Part shown: piece after piece, positions 16,709 to 29,479 of the stretch
Numbering within the stretch: position 1 is the stretch's first letter
How the letters are laid out: every line of letters begins with the position of its first letter
NCBI GenBank assembly: GCA_951406725.2
Contig: OX597817.1
Location: 173,724,001-173,788,000, forward strand
DNA: 64,000 nucleotides
Source: Octopus vulgaris
Taxonomy: Eukaryota
Direction of reading: 5' to 3'
Translations under genes and position numbers: made by a program
The notes under the pieces: model-generated
Database searches by the model: none
The model's input: only the letters and a program-made list of their open reading frames with translations
What the model was told of the DNA's origin: nothing

Positions 16709-16817
16709 CAGTGCCAAAACAAACACAGAAGTTTGGTGCAGTCTTCTGCCTGGCCAGCTCTTATCAAACTGTCCAACCCATGCCAGCATGGACAATGGAC
16801 ATTAAAAATGATGATGA

Positions 16818-16868
<51 letters not shown>

Positions 16869-16871
<3 letters not shown>

Positions 16872-17175
16872 TCATCATCATTTTTAATGTCCATTGTCCA
16901 TGCTGGCATGGGTTGGACGGTTTGACTGGGCTGGCATGCTGGAAGGCTGCACCAGACTCCAGTCTGATTTGGCATGGTTTTCTATGGCTGGATACCCTTT
17001 CTAACACCAACCACTGCGAGAGTGAATTGGGTGCTTTAACATGCCACCAGCACAAGTGCCATTTGCATGACACTGGGGGGAATTTATGTACCACTGGCAT
17101 GGGTGCCAATTTGCATGACACTGGTATCTACCATGACTGTGATCTTTCTTGACTCAATGAGTATTCTTCTCAAGC
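16869..17175 (-). mobile_element. RTE 3'UTR fragment
   Basis: (CAT)n tail followed by RTE 3'UTR motifs. Confidence 0.75.
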
Positions 17176-17217
17176 ACACACACACACACACACACACACA
17201 TACATATAGATCAGAGA

Positions 17218-17494
17218 TATGTATGTATGTATGTATGCATGTGTATGTATGTATGTATGTATGTATGTATGCATGTATGTGTATGTATGTATGTATGTAT
17301 GTATGTATGTATGTATGTATGTATGTATGTATGTATGTATGTATGTATGTATGTATGTATGTATGTATGTATGTATGTATGTATGTATGTATGTATGTAT
17401 GTATGTATGTATGTATGTATGTATGTATGTATGTATGTATGTATGCATGCATGTATGTGTATGTATGTATGTATGTATGTATGTATGTATGTAT
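17218..17494. repeat. (TATG)n microsatellite
   Basis: Direct reading. Confidence 0.97.
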
Positions 17495-18092
17495 ACAACA
17501 GGCATTTTTCAGTTTCTGTCTACTAAATCCACTCACAAGACTTTGGTCAGCTTGGGGCTACAGCAGAAGACACTTGCTCAAAACTCAAAACCATGTGGTT
17601 GCAAAGCATGCTTTTTAATCACACAGCCACGCTTGCACCTATTTTTAGATTTCCCCCTTTTTCTTCTTTCTAATAATTCATAAAACTTATAAGTACTTCC
17701 ACCATGATCAGCCATGGGTATCAAACAGGACAATAAAATACTCATCCCATTTTGATTACTTCTGTTCATTAATAGGCATCATGAGTTCTGTCCATTTGGC
17801 CAGGTTGAAGAGAAGCAATCTGATCAGTTACTGTTAGTGTGTTGTGTCTGTGAGTCAGTTCAGTTACCTGTAAATAATCACAAGGTAAGAAACAACTCAT
17901 TCAAAGTTCATTAATGAATCACAAACTTGTACATTTGTACAGTTATTTTGTTTTAAAGTTGATTTTTTTTTCAGCATTTTTATGCTGTGATGTAAATTTT
18001 AAGAAAATCATAAGCATCAGTTGAGACAAAACATGGCCAAGTAAATCTACAGTACACAAGGTACACATACACAAATACATACACACATACTT

Positions 18093-18125
<33 letters not shown>

Positions 18126-18132
18126 TATATAT

Positions 18133-18614
18133 AGGTGTGGCTGTGTGGTAAGAGGCTTGCTTCCCATTCACATGGTTCCAGGTTCAGGTCCACTGCTTTG
18201 CACCTTGGGCAAGTGTCTTCTACTAATAGCCTCAGGCTGATCAAAACATGAGTGGATTTGGTAGACGAAAACTGAAAGAAGCCTATCATATCTATGTATT
18301 TATGTATGTGCATGCATGTATGTATGTATGTATGTATGTATGTATGTATGTATGTATGTATGTATGTATGTATGTATGTATGTATCTATCTGTCTGTCTG
18401 TCTGTCTGTCTTTCTGTCTGTGTTTGTCTCCCACCACCGTCTGACAACTGGTGTTGGTGTGTTTATGTCCCCATAGCTTAGTGATTTGACAAAAGACTCT
18501 GATAAATAGTAGGTTTTAAAAAAAAAGTCCAGGGTTGATTTGTTTGAGTAAAAACCCTTCAAGGCAGCACCCCAGCATGGCTACAGTCAAAATACTGAAA
18601 GAAGTAAAAGAAAA

Positions 18615-18615
<1 letters not shown>
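18133..18615 (+). mobile_element. SINE family A, diverged, with expanded internal microsatellite
   Basis: Head and tail homologous to family A. Confidence 0.75.
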
Positions 18616-18658
<43 letters not shown>

Positions 18659-19134
18659 ACAAATTGAGATGGGGTTGTGAGTGCAACCCACCATGGGATA
18701 ACATATATCCAATATACTGCCAGTAAAGCACCCAACAAAGTTAATACATAAATGTTAAGAACTGTGATGCAATTAATTCATTTATTGTATTATATGGCCG
18801 AAGGTAAAATGTTTTACCACAAATTTATAATATAAAATAAGAAAATGGAGAACACACCTTAATCAATAATCAACTACCAGATAATACCCAATCACATAAT
18901 TTATTAACCAACTACATATGAACATCAAGGTCAAACATAATAGTACGGAACAAAACAATGCACATCAATGAGTAATATGATACAATAAGTACAATATGTG
19001 TAAATAAATATAAATATAAAACTACATCTTACAGCTGTTTCAGCCATGTAGATATGAGTATCTCATTATGCTCATATTAGCCAGTTGTGATTGTTTTGTT
19101 CTGTACTATTATATTTTGTATTATATATATATAT

Positions 19135-19224
<90 letters not shown>

Positions 19225-19228
<4 letters not shown>

Positions 19229-19480
19229 AATAAATACACCCTTTTAAAGCCTAGCCAGGCTCATGGGCCCGGTTTCCCAGTTTCTATGGCGTATGTGTTC
19301 CCCACCTGGACGGGACGCCAGTCCATCGCAGCATTACTCATTTTTGCCAGCTGAGTGGACTGGAGCAACGTGAAATGAAGTGTTTTGCTCAAGAACACAA
19401 CGCATCACCCGGTCTAGGAATCGAAACCACAATCTTACGATCATGGTGCTGACACCCTAACCACTAAGCCATGCGCCTCC
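19225..19480 (-). mobile_element. SINE family E
   Basis: Homologous to 27325-27580. Confidence 0.8.
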
Positions 19481-19497
19481 ACACACACACATATATA

Positions 19498-19498
19498 G

Positions 19499-19571
<73 letters not shown>

Positions 19572-19572
19572 T

Positions 19573-19625
<53 letters not shown>

Positions 19626-19626
19626 C
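19498..19626. repeat. (GATA)n microsatellite
   Basis: Direct reading. Confidence 0.97.
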
Positions 19627-20839
19627 AAACAGACAAACGGACAGATAGACATATATATATATGGTGAACTTTCTTGTCATTGGTAACAAATGTGGGTTCA
19701 GCAATTTCTTGCTATTTCTTCCTGAACAACTTTCACAGATGATTTGTTTATGGTGATCAAAAGTTTGTGCTGTACATTAGCTCACTCCTGCCATCAATTC
19801 ACATTGCCCACCCATATTCCAATCCCCCTCTAGCTCATCAATCATTTTTATCACTCTTCTGCTCCCCACTTCAACTGTTTTATGTATAAGAAGTTGCATC
19901 AAACATGCTGTATGTTCTACCATAACTCTTTCTTTCCCAGACTTATCTACTACTAACCCTTCTGTGTACCTCTGTTACTATCAATCACTCTTGCTTCTCC
20001 TCTACCCCTATCTCCCCCTCTCTCTCTTTCTACTAGTATACTCTAACTCTCTCCATACACCTATGTTGGTTCTTCTTTGGTCATCGCTGTCTCACTTCTA
20101 TTCACCTTCCTTCTCTGCAACATTGTCTTGAGCTAATAAACACTTCACAAAGTGGTGAGATCTCTTTAAATTTATAAGCTACAAGACAACTTTACATTCA
20201 GTATAATTTGTAAAGAGGTTTGTGAACAAGTAAAGTTAACATGCAGTTGTGGGGTCCCCTACGTTTTGTTGAAGATATGACAACTTCACTCTTGCGTTGG
20301 TGCCACAAAAAATACCACTCGATACACTCAGTGAAATGGTTGATGCTAGGAAGAGTATCTGGCCATAGAAACCCAGCACAAATTAAAACTTACATCCTTT
20401 GACCCAGCTAGGATAGAAGTAACTCTAAATATGAACTTGCTTGGCCCATAAAGACCCATTCAACCTATGCCAGCATGGAAAGTGGATGTAAGACAATGAA
20501 GATGACCATAATGATATCAAAATTGTATGTATATACATCATCATCATCATTGTCGTTGTCGTCATCATCATTATTATCAATCTTTTGTTTTAACATCCAC
20601 TTTCCTATTCTTGCATAAGCCAGATGGAATGCACTGAGGTAGATTTTCTGCAGCTGAATGCTCTCCCTGTTGCCAACTCTCATTTCCAAGCAAGGTTAAC
20701 ATTTCCCCATGGCCAGACATTTTCACAGAAGACTGGAAACAATGGACACAGATTGTAGGATTGTGATACTTGTTTACAATTATTGTGTGATATCAAGCCA
20801 AGGAGATACACACACACACACACACACACATTTCAATTG

Positions 20840-22570
20840 TCCAGTAGCTAATTTTCTGCTCAGGTTGACTAGTGAGTGTTTACGTGAGTAAAATCTTATT
20901 ATAACTTGATTTTTTGCCATTCTAATATAAGACTTTGATTGTGAGCTATCATTCAATTCCACCTTGTAACAGCATATCAAGGAACTGATAAAACAATTTC
21001 CAGTAAATGGATAGTTACTAACATTTCTACAATTACACTTGCTTGACATGTTTTGCATGAATTGAATAAATAGAGCTGCTGAATTGCAACAAGTGTAAGA
21101 AACTTTAACAGAATTTCTATTTTATGCTGTTTTCTACTAAAATGAAGTGAGACTAACTCATTGGCTATAGTTGCTGAAACATTTAAGCTAAAATTTGGAT
21201 TATACCACAGGATTTTCCAATTTCTATTTCTATATTTAGAAGATATTGATCAAGGTGCATATACTATCCAATCTGAAATATCTGCTTTGACTAAATACTT
21301 CATTATAGAAAATGTGAACTGTGATGATATACACCATGTAACATCAGAGGTGATATTTAGTGGATAAGTAGAACCCTTATTAATATAACATAACCACTTA
21401 GTAGGCTCATGATAAAGGAAAAAAGTTTTAGCACCTGAATATAATGTAATGTCAAAAAAGTTGATTTATTTCTGAACATCATCAGCAATACCTTATTTTA
21501 AATATGTCTACATTAACGCCATCTATATTTCCTAAGAGAAATAATCCATCATCTCAATAAATATCTCTATCCAACATTCGGAGCTTTTTCATGCAATGAA
21601 TTCGAATCATTTTAACAAATTATTTCACACACTTCTGTCCCATCAAAAGTTCTCATAACTATATATTTCCATTTTTTTAAACCTTAGGCTATATTTTCAA
21701 AAATCTTTCCAGTATGTACAAGGGTTTTAATATCTGAATTGATAATGAATGTCAGAGTATTAGTGAAAACTAATCCTAAAATAGTAGTGGCTTTGGTAGA
21801 AGAGGGATAAAAATACACAACATCAACCTGAAAGAATTTATAATTCTTTTTATTACTGATGCTGTTAAATTCTTCAATAACTGATAAACTATTGTTCCAT
21901 AAGTGAGTTTCATTATTTCCCTAATCCTAAAGATAATAGAATAATGGAATTCGCTACTACCTATACCTGTTTTTTTGCAGGGTTGATTAACCTACATTTA
22001 GGGGTGGGCTAACAAAATTACTCTTATGATCCTTAAATGTGGTATATGATGGACAGAGATGGGAGCAAATATCGCATTCTATTATCTATTTATATTATGG
22101 ATGCAACCTCCTTAGTTTCTAGATTACTAAATCTGCAAGGGTTAACATGGGATTTTTTTGTATATATTAGAAACGCTATTAGATAATAGACTTCTGTAAA
22201 AAATTTTTATCTAAACTGTAAAGGCTATCTGTCTTATCAGAATGGACTTACATTCAGGTTGTTCTTTACATGGCTCTGGAATTTGTAATTAAATTTCTGG
22301 AATGCAATGTTTCTTGTTAGACTGAAAAAATCCTTTTGAAATAATGCTAGTCAATAATTTAGAGGTGGACTTCAGTGCATCTTAAATCCATATTTATTAT
22401 CACTATCTGTACATAATTTTCCACTATCAAACAAAAATGCTTGCCATATCATTCTTCTTATGAAGCCTTTTGTTTTCTCAAACAAGGAATTTAACTAATT
22501 CTTGTTTCCTCCTGCAGAGGACACAAGAGCGTTCTTTATTAAAAAATATAATAGATATTATTCCATATTT
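20840..22570 (-). mobile_element. Old, near full-length Penelope-like element ORF (RT + GIY-YIG), possibly Naiad-type
   Basis: Ordered motifs: FIRRMIWQAFLF, YGFK..SPP, HSDKTDSLY, TFKDHKSNF, PKCRLINPAK, LWNNSLSVIEEF..FFQVDVVYFYPS, MRTFDGTEVCEI, Y*DDGL (~21542-21559), then CNCRNVSNYPFTGNC...YIRMAK. Many stops and frameshifts. Confidence 0.85.
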
Positions 22571-24147
22571 AGCAGTTTAATTCAGTCATACTACAGAGCT
22601 TTATACTAAGACAAGGAATGGTAGCTTTCAGTGTAAACATTTGAATCAAAACGTTCCAATATAGACAAAGAAGTCAAAGAGTGCACTCAAATACTCTGTA
22701 TGTGTGTATGCATGTGCCTGAGTGTATAGGGAGGGGCATGCACATGCATTGTATGCATGTTGAATAGTTTATTCTGAGTGAATTTGGGTTTAAGATTTTT
22801 CTAAATTTCTAAGTGCTAGAAGAATTTCAATTTCACACACTGAAGGATATTTTACCAATCACAGTATTAATATGTTAGAATATGGTGGATTAAGCCACAA
22901 GCTCTTTCCTTTTGTGTTTTCTTATAAGACAGAGGGATTTAACTGCTTTAACTGCTACACAAAAGAATACTAAATCTCTATAATAGTTTTAAGGAAACCA
23001 TTAAATATCATAAGCACACAGCCAAAACAAAAAAGAAACCAAAGAAGAAAAGCTATGCAGTTTGATGTACCATGTTTAATCAATTTTAGGATTTCAATTG
23101 GAAAAATAGTCCTTCTTTATAAAACTGCAATTTCCTCCTGAGTATAAATACAGAAAAAAAAAATCTTCCACACAAATTCACTCAAAATAAACTTAAATTT
23201 CACTAAGAAACTATCACTGAATAACAATAAAAATAATGAATAATTCAAATTTCAAAATACAGATAACAATAACACCTCAAAAATACTACTTCTATTTGTT
23301 TAGTCAATAATAATTATCTAGAAAAGTTGCTATATAAACAGCTACTGTCGCATATAACATTAATCAGAGCATCATAGATTACATTGGATTGACAGCAAAT
23401 CAATTTAAGATTGAATATTATCAACATAATTACACTTTTATAACCTTGTAATAATGATTTGACATTAGCCTAGCAACACATGTCTGTGTTTTGAAAAATA
23501 ATGATTTAAACTGAAATATTAGTTGGCATATTTTAGACAAAGAAATAACTTATACATAAACTAATTCATTCTGCAGATTATTTATTTTTGAGAAATCTAA
23601 AATTTGAAACATAATACTAAAACATCGAATAAGCATACCAAACTAATTAATCTTCAAGCTCACATATGCAGAAACAGTTTTAGCATTAGGTTAACCACCC
23701 ATTAACAACTACTTTTCATAATAAATGTATACAAGTGATACATCCATAATAGATTTAACATACTTCCTATAACGGTTTATTTACATAAAATTGGATCAAA
23801 ATATTTTTTTAAACTATACATTAATTATTGTCAGACATTTAACACGCGCACACACACACACACACACACACTCTCTCTCTCTCTCTGATTGTACAACATT
23901 CCATAACTCAGTAACTAATAATAACTAGCCTTTAAACAATTCAAAACCTAATTACTGAATTATTATCAATTTTTTTAAAATAATAAATTATACCTTAATA
24001 TGAAGGTGAAACCACATCTATGCCACATTACCTGACAGGTCATGTCATGATGACACTTCAGGTTGTAATGTCCAGATATTAATGTGTGTATGTGTGTGTG
24101 TGTGTGCTTAAATGAGTATTTGTACACAGTCATATGAAGTGTGACAT

Positions 24148-24373
24148 TAACAGTTTTGCATTTAAACCAGCTACGTCAAGCACATATGTACTCCCTGCTT
24201 TAGGTTCAAACCACTAGATTCAGCCAGTCACATCTACCCGACAATGCCATTCTAAAAATAAGCAGTTGCTGCATCAACATCTTGAAGCTACAAAAATGTG
24301 TATGATTAATTCAAAATAATGTGTATAAATAAGCATTGCATTCGACAGAATAATCCGAATGCTAAAGGGTTAA
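24148..24373. mobile_element. TTAA-flanked MITE, family 2
   Basis: TTAAC..TTGCATT ... AATGCTAAAGGGTTAA. Related copies at ~50067-50527 (split by a SINE) and ~50750-50940. Confidence 0.6.
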
Positions 24374-24553
24374 CTTATGGGTCGTGACTTTGTATTTCAG
24401 TTCATGCATGGACTCAGGGTAAGGCTCTTTTCTTCTTATCTCAAAATATCTACCAGGAAAATAGGTGGTCAATTTGTTTATCTGTGAAAGTTCACCTGCC
24501 TAAATTAAGTAGACACTTTACAAAAAACACAAAATTAGACGATTAATTCATTA

Positions 24554-24843
24554 ATCATCATCATCATCATCATCGTTTAATGTCTGCTTTCCATGCTAGC
24601 ATGAGTTGGACGATTTGACTGAGGTCTGGCGAACCAGATGGCTGCACCAGACTCCAATCCGATTTGGCAGAGTTTCTACAGCTGGATGCCCTTCCTAACA
24701 CCAACCACTCCGAGAGTGTAGTGGGTGCTTTTATGTGCCACTGGCACAAGGGCTAGTCAGGCAGTACAGGCAATGGCCACGATCAAATGGTACTTTTTAT
24801 GTGCCACCTAAAAAAAAAAAAGCACCATTTGAGCGTGGCCGTT
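24554..24843 (-). mobile_element. RTE 3'UTR fragment with short terminal inversion
   Basis: (CAT)n tail at ~24555 and 3'UTR motifs; inverted segment at ~24773-24843. Confidence 0.75.
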
Positions 24844-25313
24844 CAATTATACTAATTTTTTTAGGGACTCAAGAACTGACATTTTTGAACAGTTGTACTT
24901 CTTTACAGAAATACAATGTTGTATTAAGATCTAGATTACAACATTAGCACATTATGCAATCTCTTTGTGAAGTGGATAATGGAAAAATCTTTATCCTGTT
25001 TTTTTACTCCTTTTCTCTCAATATCCTTCAAACATACTATGGTAAAAAAAAAGAAGTTAAATGTGAGAATAGGTTAGAATAGGTTAGTGTACTATGAATG
25101 AAAGATCCATACTATTCTCCCTCTCTTTCAAAAACACAGACACAATAGGCACAGCATGGCTGTATGGTAAGAAGGTTGCTTCCCAACCATATGGTTCTGG
25201 GGTTCAGTTTCACTGTGTGGCACCTTGGGCAAGAGTCTTCTACTATAATCTCGGGCCGACCAAAACCTTTTCAGTGGACTTGGTAGACGGAAACTGAAAG
25301 AAGCCTGTTTTAA

Positions 25314-25545
25314 AGGTGGGGAGCTGGCAGAAACATTAGCACACTGGGCAAAATGCTAAACGGTATTTCGTCTGCTGCTATGTTCTGAGTTCAAATTCTG
25401 ACGAGTTCGACTTTGCCTTTCATCCTTCAGGGGTCGATAAGTTAAGTACCAGTTACGCACTGGGGTCGATGTAATCGACTTAATCCGTTTGTCTGTCCTT
25501 GTTTGTCCCCTCTATGTTTAGCCCCTTGTGGGCAATAAAGAAATA
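25314..25545 (+). mobile_element. SINE family B
   Basis: Full-length homologue of 5102-5329. Confidence 0.85.
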
Positions 25546-25752
25546 TATATATTAGTATCATATTTTGGCACAATGCCAGCAGTTTCAGGGGAGGGGATAA
25601 GTTGATCACACTGACACCAGTGCTCATCTGATATTTAATTTATCAAACCCAAAAGGATGAAAGGCAAAGTGGATCTTGACAGAATTTGAACTCAGAACAT
25701 AAAGACAGATGAAATGTCACTAAGCATTTTGCTAACAGTTCTGCCAGCTTGC

Positions 25753-26150
25753 TTACGTGCCACTGGCACAGAAGCCAGTCAAGGCGGCGCTGGCATAGGC
25801 CAAGTTCGGATGGTGCTTTTTATGTGCCACTGGCACATAAAAAGCACCATCCAAACTTGGCCGATGCCAGTGCTGCCGCCTTGACTGGCTTCTGTGCCGG
25901 TGGCATGTAAAAAGCACCAACTGATCATGGCCGTCGCCAGCCTCCCCTGGCACCTGTGCTGGTGGCATGTAAAAAGCACCCACTACACTCACGGAGTGGT
26001 TGGCATTAGGAAGGGCATCCACCTGTAGAAACACTGCCAGATCAGACTGAAGCCTGGTGCAGCCTCCTGGCTTCCCAGACCCCGGTCGAACTGTCCAACC
26101 CATGATAGCACGGAAAACGGACGTTAAATGATGATGATGATGATGATGAT
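25753..26150 (+). mobile_element. RTE 3'UTR fragment with fold-back 5' end
   Basis: 3'UTR motifs, (ATG)n tail at 26128-26150, palindromic 5' end. Confidence 0.8.
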
Positions 26151-27324
26151 TACAACCTCTGTCTCTACAGTATTTTATTGCAGCTACAATAGCGTTTACT
26201 CTTTTTTTTCTAAGCTTACCAGGTACACATCTCCACCAGGCCAACCCAACACACCTGTTTCTTCTCTTCTTATTAATCTATGCAGTGTCTCACTCCTTCC
26301 ATCTCTCACATGCCTTGCACTGACTGCTTTTCTCAATCCTTTCTTAAAGACTGTCAGCCGACTGGGATTTTCTGGCAGACACCAACTTGCAGATGATCAG
26401 ACTAGAAACACCAACTATTTCAATATCTCTTGTTTCAAAGGGTCTATTCTGCCTTTTCACAGTTTAGTACCATAAAAATAATAATATTTGGTACATTCTA
26501 CAGTTGGGATGGTGCAATTAGTTTTAGAATGGTGATGCAGTTACCCATCATTACAATTTTATATAAGTTTACTAATTCTTAGAATAAAAATAAAATTTAA
26601 ACAACTCAGTTGTTGAGACTATAATTATTAAGAAAACTAAATTTAAATTCCTTAAAAAGAAAAGAAAAAAAAATGACCTGAACTGAATTAGTCAAAGGTC
26701 AATACTTTCAGGGTCAGAATACTGAGGTAAAAATTTAACAATCAAATCTCTATGTCACAGCCTAACAAAAAAGTAGAATGAAACCAAAAAATAAAGTAGA
26801 AATAAAAGAAAAATAAAGAGAAACAAATTTGTATGTGTAAGGATTAAAAGGGGATTTTCAGACTGACTGTGCAGATATAAGTAATAAACATGAAAGTTGA
26901 TATTGCCAAAGGGTTTATGATGGTAATTACATCAAGTAATTGATAATTACATAGAGCTGGTGACGAAAGAGATGTGGGTTAGACTCCTGCTTGAGCTCTC
27001 AATTTTCATTCCATTTCATGTTTACTTTATGTATCTGCAAAGCACTCAGTCTTTTTAGAGGAATGTAAACATATTATTGTCATTGAATCCTTAGATTACT
27101 CATCACCAAAACAAAATAAAATCTAACATCAATGAAGTTAATGGTTAAATAAATAATAACGTAAATAGATATAATGTAACAATAATATATGCCCACTGTT
27201 GATTCGTCTGTCTTTACGTTCTGAGTTCAAATTCTGCCAAGGTTGACTTTGCCTTGCATCCTTTCAGGGTCAATAAAGTGCCTGAGATAGATACCTATTT
27301 AAAATAAGGTTAATTTAAAAGTGT

Positions 27325-27580
27325 GGAGGCGCATGGCTTAGTGGTTAAGTGTCAGCATCACGATCATAAGATTGTGGTTTCGATTCCTGGATCGGACGAC
27401 ACGTTGTGTTCTTGAGCAAAACACTTCATTTCATGTTGCTCCAGTCTACTCAGCTGGCAAAAATGAGTAACGCTGTGATGGACTGGCGTCCTGTCCAGCT
27501 GGGGAACACATACACCATTGAAACTGGGAAACTGGGCCCATGAGCCTGGCTAGGCTTTAGAAGGGTGCATTTATTTATTT
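27325..27580 (+). mobile_element. tRNA-derived SINE, family E (V-domain-like body)
   Basis: A/B-box head; body CTGTGATGGACTGGCGTCCTGTCCAG resembles the V-SINE conserved domain. Other copies at 19225-19480 (-) and ~53233-53435 (-). Confidence 0.8.
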
Positions 27581-28861
27581 TATATTAATTTAAAAGTAAT
27601 TCAAACTAAATAAAATATAATACAGGAGTAGGGAACCCCTTGCAAGGGGTAAAATTTCACTAGCTAACAGCATTCCTTAAAACCCAGATGAAAAACAAAA
27701 AGGAAGAAAATTGCTTAAGTTATAAAACCAAAACTGTTACTTAATATAAATTGAATACCTATGGATTTGTAAAATTAAAGATCCATTATTATTCTTAATA
27801 CAGATCCTCTCCAACAACTTCTAATGCACTTGCAATTCTACCTTGGTACTAAAAAGATTCCCCCACCTCCATTCTAGTAAGTGAACAGAAGGACCAGTTG
27901 TATGAGGCCCTAGTGCAGGCTACCACTATAAATAGCAACTTTAATGGTTATGTCTGACAATAGCACATTTGGTATTCTTGTATGTATGGAGTTTATAGAC
28001 CTTGGAACAAGAAGAAGGTGTTTATTTACAGTGTTAAAAGCAAGTTTATTTTGAGAAACATATTATAACAAGTGTATTGCAGTTTAAAAACTTAAGATAT
28101 AAGCAAAAAATGAATTTTGCTTCCCAACCATAATAATTGTTTCAACCGATTGTGCAATGGTGCCTTGAGGGTTAAAACAATCTCTGTAAATAATAAAGAG
28201 TCTCATGAATTTCATTTTCTTTCTCTTTCTCTCATATTTTATAAACTCTATGGTTAGAAAAGAATTCCTACAGTAAATCCAGTAGCATTTAAATCCAGTA
28301 CTGTTGATGACATCAGGTAGCCAAATACTGTGAATGGGCTTTAAACAATATATGACAAGGTGTATGCCCAGATGTGAAGGCATGTGGCTTAGTGCTTAGG
28401 GTAATCAGCTCACAATTGTGAGTTCAATTCCCGGCAGCACTTAGTTCAATTCCCAACACTTTATTTCACATTGCTCCAGTCCACTCAACTGGCAAAAATT
28501 AGTTGTACCTGTAATTTGAAGGATTAGTCATGTCACATTCATAATGAATCTCCCTGTGAATTTATCGACCCCGAAAGGATGAAAGGCAAAGTCGACCTCG
28601 GCGGAATTTGAACTCACAACGTAATGCAGACGAAATACCGCTAAGCATTTCGCCCGGCGTGCTAACGTTTCTGCCAGCTCGCCGCTTGACAACCGTTGCT
28701 GGTGTGTTTATGTCCCCGTAACTTAGCGGTTCAGCAAAAGAGACTGATAGATTAAGTACTAGGCTTACAAAGAATAAGTGCTGGGTTTGATGTGCTCGAC
28801 TAAAGGCAGTGCTCCAGTATGGCCACAGTCAAATTACTGAAACATTAAGGGTATGTGTATA

Positions 28862-29479
28862 CTCTTTTACTTGTTTCAGTAATTTGATTGTGGCCATACT
28901 GGAGCACTGCCTTTAGTCGAGCACATCAACCCCAGCACTTATTCTTTGTAAGCCTAGTACTTAATCTATCAGTCTCTTTTGCTGAACCGCTAAGTTACGG
29001 GGACGTAAACACACCAGCAACGGTTGTCAAGCGGCGAGATGGCAGAAACGTTAGCACGCCGGGCGCAATGCTTAGCGGTATTTCGTCTGCATTACGTTGT
29101 GAGTTCAAATTCCGCCGAGGTCGACTTTGCCTTTCATCCTTTCGGGATCGATAAATTAAGTACCAGTTACGCACTGGGGACGATGTAATCGACTTAATAC
29201 CTATGTCTGTCCTTGTTTGTCCCCTCTGTGTTTGGCCCCTTGTGGGTAATAAAGAAATAGGTTGTCAAGCGATGTTGGGGGGACAAACACAAATACACAC
29301 ACACACACACATATATATATACATATATACGATGGGCTTCTTTCAGTTTCCGTCTACCAAATCTACCCACAAGGCTTTGGTTGGCCTGAGGCTATAGTAG
29401 AAGGTGCCACACAGTGGGACTGAACCCAGAACCATGTGGTTGGTAAGCAAGCTACTTACCACACAGCCACTCCTGCACC
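28862..29479 (-). mobile_element. SINE family A interrupted by a family B copy
   Basis: Family A sequence resumes after the direct repeat GGTTGTCAAGCG. Confidence 0.85.
29034..29259 (+). mobile_element. SINE family B nested in family A
   Basis: TSD GGTTGTCAAGCG at 29022-29033 and 29260-29271. Confidence 0.88.

Noticed and set aside
21551-21559. In-frame TGA in the Penelope-like catalytic motif as possible selenocysteine
   Set aside because: The position corresponds to Arg (CGA>TGA decay), and the element has many other disabling mutations.
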